Made by a program: the position numbers and the translations under genes. The notes under the pieces were generated by a model that was not told the DNA's origin, searched no databases, and worked only from the letters and a program-made list of their open reading frames with translations. Source: Gemmatimonadales bacterium (GTDB taxonomy: Bacteria; Gemmatimonadota; Gemmatimonadetes; Gemmatimonadales; GWC2-71-9). From it: a stretch of 64,000 nt of DNA. The DNA lies in assembly GCA_035505915.1 (NCBI GenBank), contig DATJQI010000078.1, positions 3,158 through 67,157 of the forward strand, given 5' to 3'. This document shows, one piece after another, positions 45,955-58,268 of the stretch (the stretch's first letter is position 1; the number at the start of each line of letters is the position of its first letter).

Positions 45955-47577
45955 ATGACGACCATCCCCCTCCCCACCGCCCCGCAGGCGGAAGCGACCC
46001 CCCGGAGCCCGGCGAAGACCGGCGCACCCCGGATCGCGGCCATCGACATCGGGACCAACTCGATCCGACTGGCCGTGGCGGAGGTGCAGCCGGACGGGAC
46101 CTACCGGATTCTCGACGAAGACCGCGAGATGACGCGCCTCGGGCATGGCCTCTTCGAGACCGGCCGCCTGGCCGAGGAGCCGATGGCGCATTCGCTGCGG
46201 GTGCTGGGCCGGATGAAGGCCATCGTCGAGGGGTTCGGCGTCGGCGAGCTGCGCACCATCGCCACCAGCGCCGTCCGCGAGGCGACCAACGGGCGCGAAT
46301 TCGTGCGCGAGGCGTGGAAGCGCTGCCGCGTCCGGGTGGACGTGGTGCCGCCCGAGGAGGAGGCGCGCCTGGCGCTGCGCAGCGTGCGCCGCCACTACGA
46401 CCTGGGTGACCGCCGGACCGCGATCGTCGACATCGGAGGCGGCAGCACCGAGGTGGTGCTCGCCGTCGGCGGCCTCGTGGAGCTGGTAGTCTCCCTGCCG
46501 CTGGGCGCGGTGCGGCTCACGGAGCGCTACCTCCCGTCGGACCCCGTCAAGCCCAAGCACTGGAACGCGCTGCAGCGGGCCATCGACGCCGCCATCAAGG
46601 AAGGCATGGGGAAGGTCCCCTTCGCCGCCGACGTGATGATCGGCTCGGGCGGCACCTTCACCAACCTGGTGGAAATGGTCCAGTGCGAGCGCGAGGGGAA
46701 GGCCGGAAACCCGCGGAACTACCCGCTGGCCCGCGCCGAAGTCACCCGGCTTCTCGACCGGCTCCGGGAGACGCCGCTGGCCGCGCGGCGCGAGATCCCC
46801 GGCCTCAACCCCCAGCGCGCCGACATCATCGTCGCCGGCGTCGCGGTGGTGGACCGGCTGGCCAAGCGCGTCGCCGCGCAGCGCGTGCTGGTGAACGACC
46901 GAGGGATCCGGGACGGCGTCCTCCTCGCGATGATCGAGGACCTGCCCGGGATGGCCCGTCCCCGGCGCGTCGCGCCCCCGGACCGGATGGACTCCGCGCG
47001 CCGGCTGGCCCGGCAGTGCCGGTCCAACGAACGGCATTGCGAGCGGGTGGCCCTGTTGGCGGTGCAGCTGTTCGACGCCCTGCGCCGGCCGTTCGACCTT
47101 CCCCCCGAAGGCCGGGAGGTCCTGATGGCCGGCGCCCTGCTGCACGACATCGGCTACCTGATCAATCACGAGCGACACCACAAGCACGCCTACCACCTGA
47201 TCATGCACGGGGACCTTCCCGGCTTCTCGGCCCGCGAGGTGGAGCTGATCGCGAACGTGGCGCGCTACCACCGCCGCGCCGCGCCCAAGAAGGACCACCC
47301 GAACTTCGGGCGGCTCACCAAGGACGAACGGCGGCTGGTCCGCCGCCTCTCCGGGATTCTCCGGATCGCCGACGGCCTGGACCGCACCCACGGCGGCATC
47401 GTGAAGGCGGTGCGGGCCCGCGCCGGACGCAAGGCCGTGCGGATCTCCGTCTCCGCCTCGCGCAATCCCTCCATCGAGCTCGACGACGCCCGGCGCAAGA
47501 GCGGCCTCTTCGAGAAGGCGTTCGACCGCGCGCTGGTCTTCTCGCCGTACCGCGCCCGCGCCCGGAGACGCGCATGA
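45955..47577 (+). CDS. ppx: Exopolyphosphatase (Ppx/GppA) with C-terminal HD domain
   Basis: IAAIDIGTNSIRLAVAE...VDIGGGSTEVV...; HD region LLHDIGYLINHERHHKHAYHLI. Confidence 0.88.
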   Translation: MTTIPLPTAPQAEATPRSPAKTGAPRIAAIDIGTNSIRLAVAEVQPDGTYRILDEDREMTRLGHGLFETGRLAEEPMAHSLRVLGRMKAIVEGFGVGELRTIATSAVREATNGREFVREAWKRCRVRVDVVPPEEEARLALRSVRRHYDLGDRRTAIVDIGGGSTEVVLAVGGLVELVVSLPLGAVRLTERYLPSDPVKPKHWNALQRAIDAAIKEGMGKVPFAADVMIGSGGTFTNLVEMVQCEREGKAGNPRNYPLARAEVTRLLDRLRETPLAARREIPGLNPQRADIIVAGVAVVDRLAKRVAAQRVLVNDRGIRDGVLLAMIEDLPGMARPRRVAPPDRMDSARRLARQCRSNERHCERVALLAVQLFDALRRPFDLPPEGREVLMAGALLHDIGYLINHERHHKHAYHLIMHGDLPGFSAREVELIANVARYHRRAAPKKDHPNFGRLTKDERRLVRRLSGILRIADGLDRTHGGIVKAVRARAGRKAVRISVSASRNPSIELDDARRKSGLFEKAFDRALVFSPYRARARRRA

Positions 47578-49760
47578 CCGACCGCGCCCCCGCCGCCTAT
47601 CCGGCCGATCACTACCTGAACCGCGAGCTCTCGTGGCTCGAGTTCAACGCGCGCGTGCTCGAGGAAGCGGCCGATGCCACCAACCCCTGGCTCGAGCGGC
47701 TCAAGTTCCTCTCGATCTTCAGCTCCAACCTGGACGAGTTCTTCGAGATCCGCGTCTCGGGACTGCAGCAGCAGGTTTACGCCGGCGTGGAGCCGCAGGA
47801 TTTCGGCGCCGACGGCATGGCGCCGGCGGAGCAGCTCGCCGCCATCGAGCGCCGGACGCACGATCTCGTCGCCGCCCAGTACCGCGTGCTCACCTCGGAA
47901 GTCTTCCCCGGTCTCAAGGACGCCGGCATCGAGCGGGTCCGCTGGACGGATCTGACCGCGGCGGAGCGGAAGCAGGCGGTGGGATACTTCCGGGCCAGTG
48001 TGTTCCCGGTGCTCACGCCGCTCGCCATCGACCCCGGTCATCCCTTCCCGCATGTCCACAACAAGAGCCTCAACATCGCGCTCCTGGTGGAGCGCAAGAA
48101 CGGCGGGCTCCCACGGCGCCACTTCGCCGTGGTGCAGGTGCCCGGTGTGCTGGACCGCGTGATGGTGGTCTCCCGCGGGGAGCGGAACGTCCGCTTCATC
48201 CTGCTCGAGGACGTCATCGCGGAGCACCTGGGCGAGCTGTTCGGACACCTCAAGGTCGTGAGCCACACCGTCTTCCGGGTGACCCGCAACACGGACCTCA
48301 CCATCCAGGAGGACGACGCCGAGGACCTGCTCGAGACCATCGAAGAGAGCCTGCGGCAGCGCATGCGCTCGGACCCGGTGCGGCTCGAGATCTCGACGGA
48401 CGCGAGCGACCTGTTCGTCGACATGCTCACCGAGGCGCACGACCTGGAGCCCCGGGACGTGTACCGGGTGAGCGGGCCGGTGGACCTCACCGCGCTGATG
48501 GCCCTGCACCGCCTCGAGGGCTTCGCCGTCGCCAAGGACGAGCCGCTGGTGCCGCGGGTCCCGCCGCAGTTCGCCGCGCAGGACGACGTCTTCCAGGTGA
48601 TCCGCGCGCACGACGTGCTGGTGCACATGCCGTACGAGTCGTTCAGCTGCGTGGTGGACTTCATCGACCAGGCCGCCGACGACCCGCAGGTCCTGGCGAT
48701 CAAGCAGACCCTGTACCGCACCTCGGGCGGCTCGCCGATCATCGCGGCCCTGGCCCGGGCGGCCCAGAACGGGAAGCAGGTGACCGCGCTGGTCGAGTTG
48801 AAGGCGCGGGCCGACGAACAGGCGAACATCGCCTGGGCCCGGATGCTCGAGCAGGCCGGCGTGCACGTCGTGTACGGCATCGTGGGGCTCAAGACCCACT
48901 GCAAGGCGGCCCTCGTGGTCCGGCGTGAAGCCGAGGGCATCCGGCGCTACGTCCACCTCTCCACCGGCAACTACAATCCGGCGACCGCCCGTCTCTACAC
49001 CGACCTGGGGCTGTTCACGGCCGACCCCGACTTCGGCGAGGACACGAGCGCGCTCTTCAACCTCCTCACCGGGTACGCCGAGGGATACGAGTGGAAGAAA
49101 CTGCTCGTGGCGCCCCTCGATCTCCGGGAGCGCATCATCGCCCTGATCGAGCGCGAGGAGCAGCACGCGCGGGAGGGTCTGCCGGCCCGGATCATCGTGA
49201 AGATGAACGCGCTGGTCGAGCCGTCGGTGATCGACGCGCTCTACCGCGCTTCGAGCGCCGGCGTCTCCATCGACCTGGTGATCCGGGGCATCTGCTGCCT
49301 CAAACCCGGACTCCCCGGCGTTTCCGAGCGCATCCGCGTGACCAGCATCGTGGACAAGTTCCTGGAGCACAGCCGGATCTTCTACTTCGAGAACGGCGGC
49401 GCTCCGGACGTCTGGCTCGCGAGCGCGGACTGGATGCCGCGGAACTTCTGGCGCCGGATCGAGACCGCCTTCCCGGTGGAAGACGCCGCGCTGAAGACGC
49501 GCATCGTCAACGACATCCTCCGGCTGGTCCTGGCGGACACCGTGAAGGCCCGCGAGCTCCAGGCCGACGGCACCTACCGCCGGCGCGCCCCCGCCGAGGG
49601 CGAAGCGCCGATCCGGTCCCAGGTGGCCCTGCAGCTGCTGGCCCGGGAGGCCGCCCGGGAAAAGAAGTCCGACGTGCGGCCGCCGCTCGTGCCGGTGGTC
49701 CGCCGCCGCCCGGATTCCGAACCCGCCCCGGGCCCGGGCCGCGCGCACTCGCGCGCCTGA
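47574..49760 (+). CDS. ppk: Polyphosphate kinase 1
   Basis: ATGA overlap with ppx. YLNRELSWLEFNARVLEEA...FLSIFSSNLDEFFEIRV...KTHCKAALVVRRE...GTGNYN-like STGNYNPATARLYTDLG. Confidence 0.92.
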   Translation: MTDRAPAAYPADHYLNRELSWLEFNARVLEEAADATNPWLERLKFLSIFSSNLDEFFEIRVSGLQQQVYAGVEPQDFGADGMAPAEQLAAIERRTHDLVAAQYRVLTSEVFPGLKDAGIERVRWTDLTAAERKQAVGYFRASVFPVLTPLAIDPGHPFPHVHNKSLNIALLVERKNGGLPRRHFAVVQVPGVLDRVMVVSRGERNVRFILLEDVIAEHLGELFGHLKVVSHTVFRVTRNTDLTIQEDDAEDLLETIEESLRQRMRSDPVRLEISTDASDLFVDMLTEAHDLEPRDVYRVSGPVDLTALMALHRLEGFAVAKDEPLVPRVPPQFAAQDDVFQVIRAHDVLVHMPYESFSCVVDFIDQAADDPQVLAIKQTLYRTSGGSPIIAALARAAQNGKQVTALVELKARADEQANIAWARMLEQAGVHVVYGIVGLKTHCKAALVVRREAEGIRRYVHLSTGNYNPATARLYTDLGLFTADPDFGEDTSALFNLLTGYAEGYEWKKLLVAPLDLRERIIALIEREEQHAREGLPARIIVKMNALVEPSVIDALYRASSAGVSIDLVIRGICCLKPGLPGVSERIRVTSIVDKFLEHSRIFYFENGGAPDVWLASADWMPRNFWRRIETAFPVEDAALKTRIVNDILRLVLADTVKARELQADGTYRRRAPAEGEAPIRSQVALQLLAREAAREKKSDVRPPLVPVVRRRPDSEPAPGPGRAHSRA

Positions 49761-49797
49761 GCCTAGCCGACCTCCCGCCCGGCAGGCAGATTTCGTC

Positions 49798-50022
49798 ATG
49801 ATCAACGAAACGACTGAAGATCGCCGCCACTGGCTGGTGGATCGCCGCCGCCGCAAAGAACGCCGGGCCAGGGCCGAGCGCCGCGACGGTGAGCGGCGCC
49901 GCGAGAACCGAGACGTGATCATCGACCGGCGCCACGGCACCTCGGGCGAGCGCCGGATGAGCGCGGATCGCCGCGATCGGAGCGAGCGCCGGACCCGCTC
50001 CGAACGGCGCGACCGGCCCTAA
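49798..50022 (+). CDS. Small Arg/Asp/Glu-rich hypothetical protein (74 aa, about 28 Arg)
   Basis: MINETTEDRRHWLVDRRRRKERRARAERRDGERRRENRDVIIDRRHGTSGERRMSADRRDRSERRTRSERRDRP. Fills the ppk-CHAD gap. Stop lies 6 nt before the CHAD GTG. Third-codon positions mostly G/C. -10-like CAGATT ends 5 nt before the ATG. Confidence 0.45.
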   Translation: MINETTEDRRHWLVDRRRRKERRARAERRDGERRRENRDVIIDRRHGTSGERRMSADRRDRSERRTRSERRDRP

Positions 50023-50028
50023 CCCCCC

Positions 50029-51087
50029 GTGCCCGCGTTCCCTCGCGACCTCCCGGGCCTGCCCACCTGGGACGGCGTCGCGGAGCTCGCCCGCTGCTAT
50101 CTCGATGACGCCCGCCGGGCCGCGCCCGGCCTCGGCGCCCATCCCGACCCCGACGCGCTCCACGATTTCCGGGTCGCCCTCCGCCGGCTCCGCGGTCTCC
50201 TGCGCGCCTACCGGGCGCCGATCGGCCCCCGGGTCCCCAAACGCCTGCGCCGCCGGCTGACCGCCCTGGCCGATTCGACCGGCGCCGGCCGGGACGCGGA
50301 CGTGATGCTGGCCTGGATCGAGGACCAGCGGCCCCACCTGTCGCGGTCCGAGCGCGTCGGCGCCCGCTGGCTGGCGGAGCGGCTGACGGCGCGGCGGGAC
50401 GCGGACCCCGAGTTCCGGAAGCTTCCGGCCCGCTTCGAGCGTCTCGATCGCCGGCTGCGGAAACGGCTGTCCGCGGACGCGCGCGCCCCGGACGCGCATC
50501 CCGGTCCGTCGTTCGCGAGCAGCACCGCGCGGCTGGTCACCGACGCCGTCGTCTCCCTCACCGAGGCGCTCCGCGAGATCCACACGCCGGACGACGCCCG
50601 CGCGGCGCACCGCGCCCGGATCGCCTGCAAGCGGCTCCGCTATCTCCTCGAGCCCGTCGCCGACGCGGCCGCCGGCGCCCCCGCCCTGATCGAGCGCCTG
50701 CGGTCCCTGCAGGAGGTCCTCGGCGAGTTCAACGAGTGTCAGGTGCTCCTGAACGAGATCGGGAGCGCCGTGGAGGCGTCGGGAGCCGCGCGGGCCCGGA
50801 GTGCGCACGACCTCCAGGTGGAGGGAAAGCCGCGCCCCCGGCAACGGCGCGGGCGCGAGGATGCGGGGTTGCTCGCTCTGGCGCGCCGCGCCCGGGCGCG
50901 GCGCGACGACCTCTTCTTCACCCTGCAGCCGCAGTGGCTCGGTGAGCACGCGGCGGAGGTCATCCCGCTGGTCCGGGAAGGCGTCGCGACGCTCGCGGCC
51001 CGGCGTTCGGTGCCCTACCGCGCCGTCCGCCGTCCGCCCCGGTATCGGGCCAAGGCTCCGGCGCCGGTGCCCGCCGCGGAGACTTAG
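50029..51087 (+). CDS. CHAD-domain protein
   Basis: ALHDFRVALRRLRGLLRAYR...AHRARIACKRLRYLLE; helical, Arg/His-rich. GTG start. Confidence 0.8.
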   Translation: MPAFPRDLPGLPTWDGVAELARCYLDDARRAAPGLGAHPDPDALHDFRVALRRLRGLLRAYRAPIGPRVPKRLRRRLTALADSTGAGRDADVMLAWIEDQRPHLSRSERVGARWLAERLTARRDADPEFRKLPARFERLDRRLRKRLSADARAPDAHPGPSFASSTARLVTDAVVSLTEALREIHTPDDARAAHRARIACKRLRYLLEPVADAAAGAPALIERLRSLQEVLGEFNECQVLLNEIGSAVEASGAARARSAHDLQVEGKPRPRQRRGREDAGLLALARRARARRDDLFFTLQPQWLGEHAAEVIPLVREGVATLAARRSVPYRAVRRPPRYRAKAPAPVPAAET

Positions 51088-51965
51088 GCCGGCGGGGAGT
51101 CCGCGGCGGCCCGGCGGGCGCGGGCGCCGTCCAGCAGTCCGCCCGGCAGGCTTTCCCGCAGGAGCAGCACCGCGCCGACCAGCGCTCCCACCACCAGCGA
51201 ATAGGCCCGCCACGCCACGAGGAGAATCGCGAGGGCACCGGGGGGCACCCGTCCGTCGAACCCCACCACGAAGCCCAGGTCCACCGCGCCGGCGCCCGCC
51301 GGAATCGGGGCCAGAAGCAGCCCGGAGGTAAGGGCGAACGATGCGACCGCCAGGTCGCCGAAGCCCAACCCCGGGACGCGCGCCAGGAGCACCGGCAGGA
51401 TGGCGCCCCGGGCGACGAGACTCAGCACCGACAGCGAGACCACACCGGCCATGACCCGGGGAGGCTGCGAGCGCATCCGGCGCCAGCTCTCGCGGAGGCA
51501 GGCCGCGACCCGCACAGCGGTCCGCGGCCACAGGCGCCGCACGAGCAGGATGCTCACCGCCACGAGGAGCAGCGTGACGCCGAGCCCGCCCCACGCGGCC
51601 GGCGAGCGGGAGAGGCGGGTCACCGCGGGGATGAGGCCGGGCGCGCGGGCCGCGAGACTCACCGAGATCGCGATGGCCCCCACCACGAACACGAGCGCGT
51701 CGCTCACCAGCTCCGAGCCGAAAGCCGCGATGGTCGCCGCGGGACTCGAGCCCGCGCGCGTGAATCCGAAGTAGCGGAGCGGCTCGCCGCCGACGCGGGC
51801 CGGCGTCACGGCCGCCATCGCGTCCCCGCACGTATTGATGATCACGGCCCGCCGGAACGAGACGGGCAGGAGCAGGCGGCTGCGGAGCGCGCGCGCGGCG
51901 ACGTCCACCCCGCAGAGGAGCAGCGCCGCGACGTGCTGGTCCAACCCCAGCGGGAGGGCGTCCAT
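51084..51965 (-). CDS. UPF0104 / LPG-synthase-TM (flippase-like) membrane protein
   Basis: RALRSRLLLPVSFRRAVIINTCGDAMAAVTPARVGGEPLRYF. Multiple TM helices. TGATG overlap with the upstream gene. Confidence 0.65.
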   Translation of the reverse strand: MDALPLGLDQHVAALLLCGVDVAARALRSRLLLPVSFRRAVIINTCGDAMAAVTPARVGGEPLRYFGFTRAGSSPAATIAAFGSELVSDALVFVVGAIAISVSLAARAPGLIPAVTRLSRSPAAWGGLGVTLLLVAVSILLVRRLWPRTAVRVAACLRESWRRMRSQPPRVMAGVVSLSVLSLVARGAILPVLLARVPGLGFGDLAVASFALTSGLLLAPIPAGAGAVDLGFVVGFDGRVPPGALAILLVAWRAYSLVVGALVGAVLLLRESLPGGLLDGARARRAAADSPPA

Positions 51966-52903
51966 CAGGCCGCCCGCGCCCGCGGCACGGGAGTCCGGCG
52001 CGTCACCGGCCACGGCACCACGGCGCCGCCCGCCGCGGGCAGGACCAGCGGCACCACCCATCCCTGGAGGCCGACCGCCAGGAGCAGGCCCGCGAGCGAG
52101 TCGACGGCGAAATGGTTCTGTGTGTACACGGTCGCCCCCAGGACGCCGAGTGTGATCGTCGTGGCCGCCAGGCCGAGGCGGCGGTGGCCCGTCCGCCACA
52201 GGATCCACGTCAGGGTCACCGATCCCGCGACGTGCGAGCTCGGGAAGGCCGTGCCGAGCGAGTCCCCGGAGTCCTGGATCAGGTGATTGAGATGGAACAC
52301 CAGGCCGCGGCGCACGCTCTCGGGGAATACCACGTGCAGCACGTCCGGGCCCGTGGTGGGACAGAGCGCGTAGACCGCGAAGCAGGCCAGGTAGGCCACG
52401 GCGATCCGGAGCGTCCCCTCCCGCCGCACCCGCCCCGGCCCGAAGGCGACCAGGATGGGCACGAGCAGCAGCAGCGGGTAGTACGAGAAATAGAAGAGGT
52501 GCATCATCTCGCTGAAGACCCGCCCCGGCATCGCGGCCAGCCAGAGGGCGTTCAGGTGCACGCCGAACAGGTGCTGGTCGAGCCACACCAGCGCGCGGTC
52601 ATAGGGCGCGTTGCTCAGGAAACGGCCGTGAACGTCCAGCTCCCGCCAGAACGCGCAGATCCAGGCCAGCGGGTACAGGTCGTACACCCGCCGCAGCCAG
52701 CGCTGATCGGGCGCCGGAGCCCGGGCGAGCAGCCAAGGAACGCCGAGGGCGATGCCGTGCACCACCACCAGCCAGCGCGCCGTCTCGTATTGGGGAACGA
52801 GAGGCGCCCAGCGCCCGATCAGCAGGAGGTTGTACGCCGCCAGAATCCAGTCGACCGCCCGAGGATGCAGGGAGCGCGGCCGGATCCGGGCGGCGGTCGT
52901 CAT
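51965..52903 (-). CDS. PAP2_3 (AUR1/IPC-synthase-like) membrane phosphatase/phosphotransferase
   Basis: ...FPSSHVAGSVTLTW...TVYTQNHFAVDSLAG. Polytopic. ATGA overlap upstream. Confidence 0.6.
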   Translation of the reverse strand: MTTAARIRPRSLHPRAVDWILAAYNLLLIGRWAPLVPQYETARWLVVVHGIALGVPWLLARAPAPDQRWLRRVYDLYPLAWICAFWRELDVHGRFLSNAPYDRALVWLDQHLFGVHLNALWLAAMPGRVFSEMMHLFYFSYYPLLLLVPILVAFGPGRVRREGTLRIAVAYLACFAVYALCPTTGPDVLHVVFPESVRRGLVFHLNHLIQDSGDSLGTAFPSSHVAGSVTLTWILWRTGHRRLGLAATTITLGVLGATVYTQNHFAVDSLAGLLLAVGLQGWVVPLVLPAAGGAVVPWPVTRRTPVPRARAA

Positions 52904-53685
52904 CGGGAAGACGTGAACGGGTACGTGTGCTGGACGAAGTACGCGGCCGGAAAATCCTCGGGATACTCGCGATCGGACAGGCCGAACGCGGCCGCCTTCT
53001 TCCGGGCCGGGTCCGGAAAGTAGGCCGTGCCGAAGAGCCAATCCCAGAACGCGAACTTGGTCGAGAAGTTCTTGTCGTAGGCCTCGGGGTCCACCGCGTG
53101 GTGCCAGCGGTGCATCTCGGGTCCGTTGACGACGTACTGCAGACGGCCGAGACGGACGTCCAGGTTCGAGTGGATGAACATTCCCCAGACGGCGCCGATG
53201 GCCCCCTTCAGCACCGCCACCGCGGGGGCCGCGCCCAGCAGGACGATCGGCGCGAACTCCACCGTCTGATTGATCAGGATCTCGAGCGAGTGCGACCGGA
53301 CGCCCGACAGCCAGTCCACGTCCCGCACCGAGTGGTGCGCCTCGTGCAGGCGCCACAGCCAGGGCGTGCGGTGCTGCAGCCGGTGGAAGAGATAGATGTA
53401 CAGGTCGTGAGTGACGACGAAGAAGGCGAGCTGCGCCAGGAGGGGCCACCCCGACACCAGGTGGAGCCGCGACAGCCCGGTCCGCCCGTCGAGGAACGTG
53501 ATGAGCCGGCCGATCACGAGCCCCAGGACATAGCTCTGGACGAAGCCGTAGAGCAGAAGATCGTTCCAGAATCCGGCGCGGACGAGGTGCTGGCCGGCGT
53601 TGTACGGGAAACGCCGCTCGAGCACCGAGAAGGCGATCCCCGCCCCCACCACCGCCGCCAGGGTCCAGAGCTCGATCGCGTGCAT
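52900..53685 (-). CDS. Fatty-acid hydroxylase / sterol-desaturase superfamily di-iron membrane enzyme
   Basis: His boxes HDLYIYLFHRLQH, HEAHHS, HRWHH. TGATG overlap upstream. Confidence 0.75.
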   Translation of the reverse strand: MHAIELWTLAAVVGAGIAFSVLERRFPYNAGQHLVRAGFWNDLLLYGFVQSYVLGLVIGRLITFLDGRTGLSRLHLVSGWPLLAQLAFFVVTHDLYIYLFHRLQHRTPWLWRLHEAHHSVRDVDWLSGVRSHSLEILINQTVEFAPIVLLGAAPAVAVLKGAIGAVWGMFIHSNLDVRLGRLQYVVNGPEMHRWHHAVDPEAYDKNFSTKFAFWDWLFGTAYFPDPARKKAAAFGLSDREYPEDFPAAYFVQHTYPFTSSR

Positions 53686-55157
53686 CACCCCACCCGGACG
53701 TCCGCCGCGGGCCGGACCGGCGTACCGCGCAGCCGGCGCAGCGCGCCCATCTCGCTCTCGTACACCCGCTTCACGCCGTCCCCCACGGACTCCTCGATGG
53801 CGCGGATGTCCCGCACCAGGCGCATGAACCCGCCGATTTCCACCGACGCCGCCTGATCGGATCCCCACAGCGAGCGGTCGAGCGTGATGTGCCGCTCCAC
53901 GAAGCACGCCCCCATCGCCACGGCGGCGTAGGTCGTGGCGAGGCCGGTTTCGTGTCCCGAGTACCCGATGGGCACACCCGGGAACCGGGCCGCGAGCGTG
54001 TCGATCATCCGGAGATTGAGCTCCCGGGGCTGGCACGGATACGTCGACGTCGCGTGGGCCAGGAGCAGCCGGTCCCGCCCCACCACGTCGACCGCGGCGT
54101 CGATCTCATCCAGCGTCGACATCCCGGTGGACAGCATCAGCGGCTTGCCCGTGCTCTTCAGGCGCCGGAGCAGCTCGTGGTTGGTGAGCGTGGCGGAGGC
54201 GACCTTGAAGAACGGCGGGTCGAACGCGGCGATGAACTCGACCGCCTGCTCGTCCCAGCAGGACGCGGTCCAGGCGATCCCCCGGTCCCGGCAGTGGCGG
54301 TCCAGCTCCGCGTACTGCGAGAAGTTGAACTCCACTTTCTTCCGGTACTCGAGATAGGTGATCCGGCCCCAAGGCGTGTCTCGCTGCATGTCCCGCTGCT
54401 CGGGCGGCACGCACAGCTCGGGGGTGCGCTTCTGGAACTTGACCGCGTCGCACCCGGCGGCGACGGCCCCGTCGATGAGCTTCTTGGCGAGCTCCAGCGA
54501 CCCGTTGTGGTTGATCCCGATTTCGGCGAGCACGTAGACCGGCTCTCCGTCGCCGATGGCGCGGTGTCCCACGGTCACCCAGCGCCGAGGCGGGGCCGGA
54601 ACCAGCCGGATCGACGGCGGATCGGCCGGAACCGACCCGTCCGCGCCCGCGCTCCGCGCGGCGAGGACCGCCTCGGCGACGTCGCGGAAGGCGCCGCGCC
54701 CGCCCCCCCGCCGGGTCACGTAGTGCACCGCCTGCCGCACCGACGGCTCGGCGTTCGCCGGCGCGGCGGAGAACCCCACCGCCTGCAGGACGTCCAGGTC
54801 GTTGACGTCGTCCCCGATGAACCCGATTTCGTCGAGCGTCAGGCCGCGGCGGGCCGCGATCTCCTCGACCACCGACCGCTTGTCGACCGCGCCCTGATGC
54901 AGCTCGGTGAGGCCCAGCTTCCGGGCCCGCTGGGCCACGATGGGCGAGCTCTCCCGGGTGACGATGCCGGTCTCGATCCCGGCATCGCGGAGACGGGCCA
55001 CGCCCATCCCGTCGCGGCGGGAGAACCGGAGCAGGCCCTCGCCGTCCGGCGTGCAATAGACGGAGCCGTCGGTCAGGACGCCGTCGCAGTCGGTGAGCAG
55101 GAGGCGCACCGCGGCGGCGCGCGCCGTGAGTGTCACATCGAGCGGCAGAGCGGTCAT
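53685..55157 (-). CDS. Fusion: KdsC-type HAD phosphatase plus NeuB-type (sialic/ulosonic acid) synthase
   Basis: N-terminal LLLTDCDGVLTDG...IGDDVNDLDVL. C-terminal YVLAEIGINHNGSLELAKKLIDGAVAAGCDAVKFQKR...GYSGHETG. RBS GAGGGA. No SAF-like tail obvious. Confidence 0.75.
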   Translation of the reverse strand: MTALPLDVTLTARAAAVRLLLTDCDGVLTDGSVYCTPDGEGLLRFSRRDGMGVARLRDAGIETGIVTRESSPIVAQRARKLGLTELHQGAVDKRSVVEEIAARRGLTLDEIGFIGDDVNDLDVLQAVGFSAAPANAEPSVRQAVHYVTRRGGGRGAFRDVAEAVLAARSAGADGSVPADPPSIRLVPAPPRRWVTVGHRAIGDGEPVYVLAEIGINHNGSLELAKKLIDGAVAAGCDAVKFQKRTPELCVPPEQRDMQRDTPWGRITYLEYRKKVEFNFSQYAELDRHCRDRGIAWTASCWDEQAVEFIAAFDPPFFKVASATLTNHELLRRLKSTGKPLMLSTGMSTLDEIDAAVDVVGRDRLLLAHATSTYPCQPRELNLRMIDTLAARFPGVPIGYSGHETGLATTYAAVAMGACFVERHITLDRSLWGSDQAASVEIGGFMRLVRDIRAIEESVGDGVKRVYESEMGALRRLRGTPVRPAADVRVG

Positions 55158-55168
55158 CGTCCGGTCCC

Positions 55169-57332
<2,164 letters not shown>

Positions 57333-57340
<8 letters not shown>

Positions 57341-58268
57341 GAGCGGGGACCAGGTGGCGTCGAGTGAGTGCCGAAGCGACGCGCGTGGCGATCGCCTCGG
57401 CGGTGAATCCGGCGTCGGCGAGGACGTCGGGGAGCAGCGCGGGCGTGAACCAGCGGTCTCCGCAATTGACGGCCAGGACGCGCGCGGGCGCGCCGGCGCG
57501 GACGAGCGTGTCGGCCACGGCGGTGTAGAGCCCGCCGGTCTCGAAGTGGTCTTCGATGGTGACGAGGAGCGCCGCCCGGCGGGCGGCGTCCAGCACCGCC
57601 TGCTGGTCGAGCGGTTTCACGGTCCGGATGTTCACCACCCGGACGCCGCAGCCGTCGGCGCGCAGGAGCGCGGCCGCTTCCCAGGCCTCGCGGAAGAGCG
57701 CGCCGGACACGAGCAACGCGACGTCGTCGCGCGGGCCGGCCCGGAAGACTTCGGCCCGCCCGATCTCGAAGGGCCGGTGCTCGGTCACCGCCGGACGGTC
57801 GCAGTAGCGGACGTACCAGGGATTGGGGTCGGCCAGCACCGCCGGGAGTCCGGCCACCAGGTCCGGCAAATCGGCGGGGCAGAAGACCCGCATCGGGGGA
57901 ATGCCCCGCATCAGGGCCACATCCTCGAGGGCCTGGTGCGTGGGGCCGTTGGCCTCGGACAGGACGCCGGGGACCGCCCCCACCAGCTTCACGGGAAGGC
58001 CCGGGATCCCGACGTCGGTCCGGATGAACTCGAACGCCCGCATGGTGAGGAACGTGGCCAGCGCGTGCACCACGGGGATCCGCCCGCGCAAGGCGAGTCC
58101 CGCCGCCATCCCGATCATGGTCTGCTCGGTGATGCCGGTGTCGAGAAAGCGGGGACCCAGCTGGGCCGGGAGGCCCCGGATGGCGGCCCGGTTCTCCGCC
58201 GTCAGCACCAGGACGCGGGAGTCGCGGCGGGCCAGGTCGAGGAGGGCGTGCTCGTAGGTCTGGGTCAT
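57333..58268 (-). CDS. Transketolase family, C-terminal (pyrimidine-binding) subunit
   Basis: FLDTGITEQTMIGMAAGLALRGRIPVVHALATFLTMRAFEFIR...GPTHQALEDVALMRGIP. ATGA overlap upstream. Confidence 0.8.
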
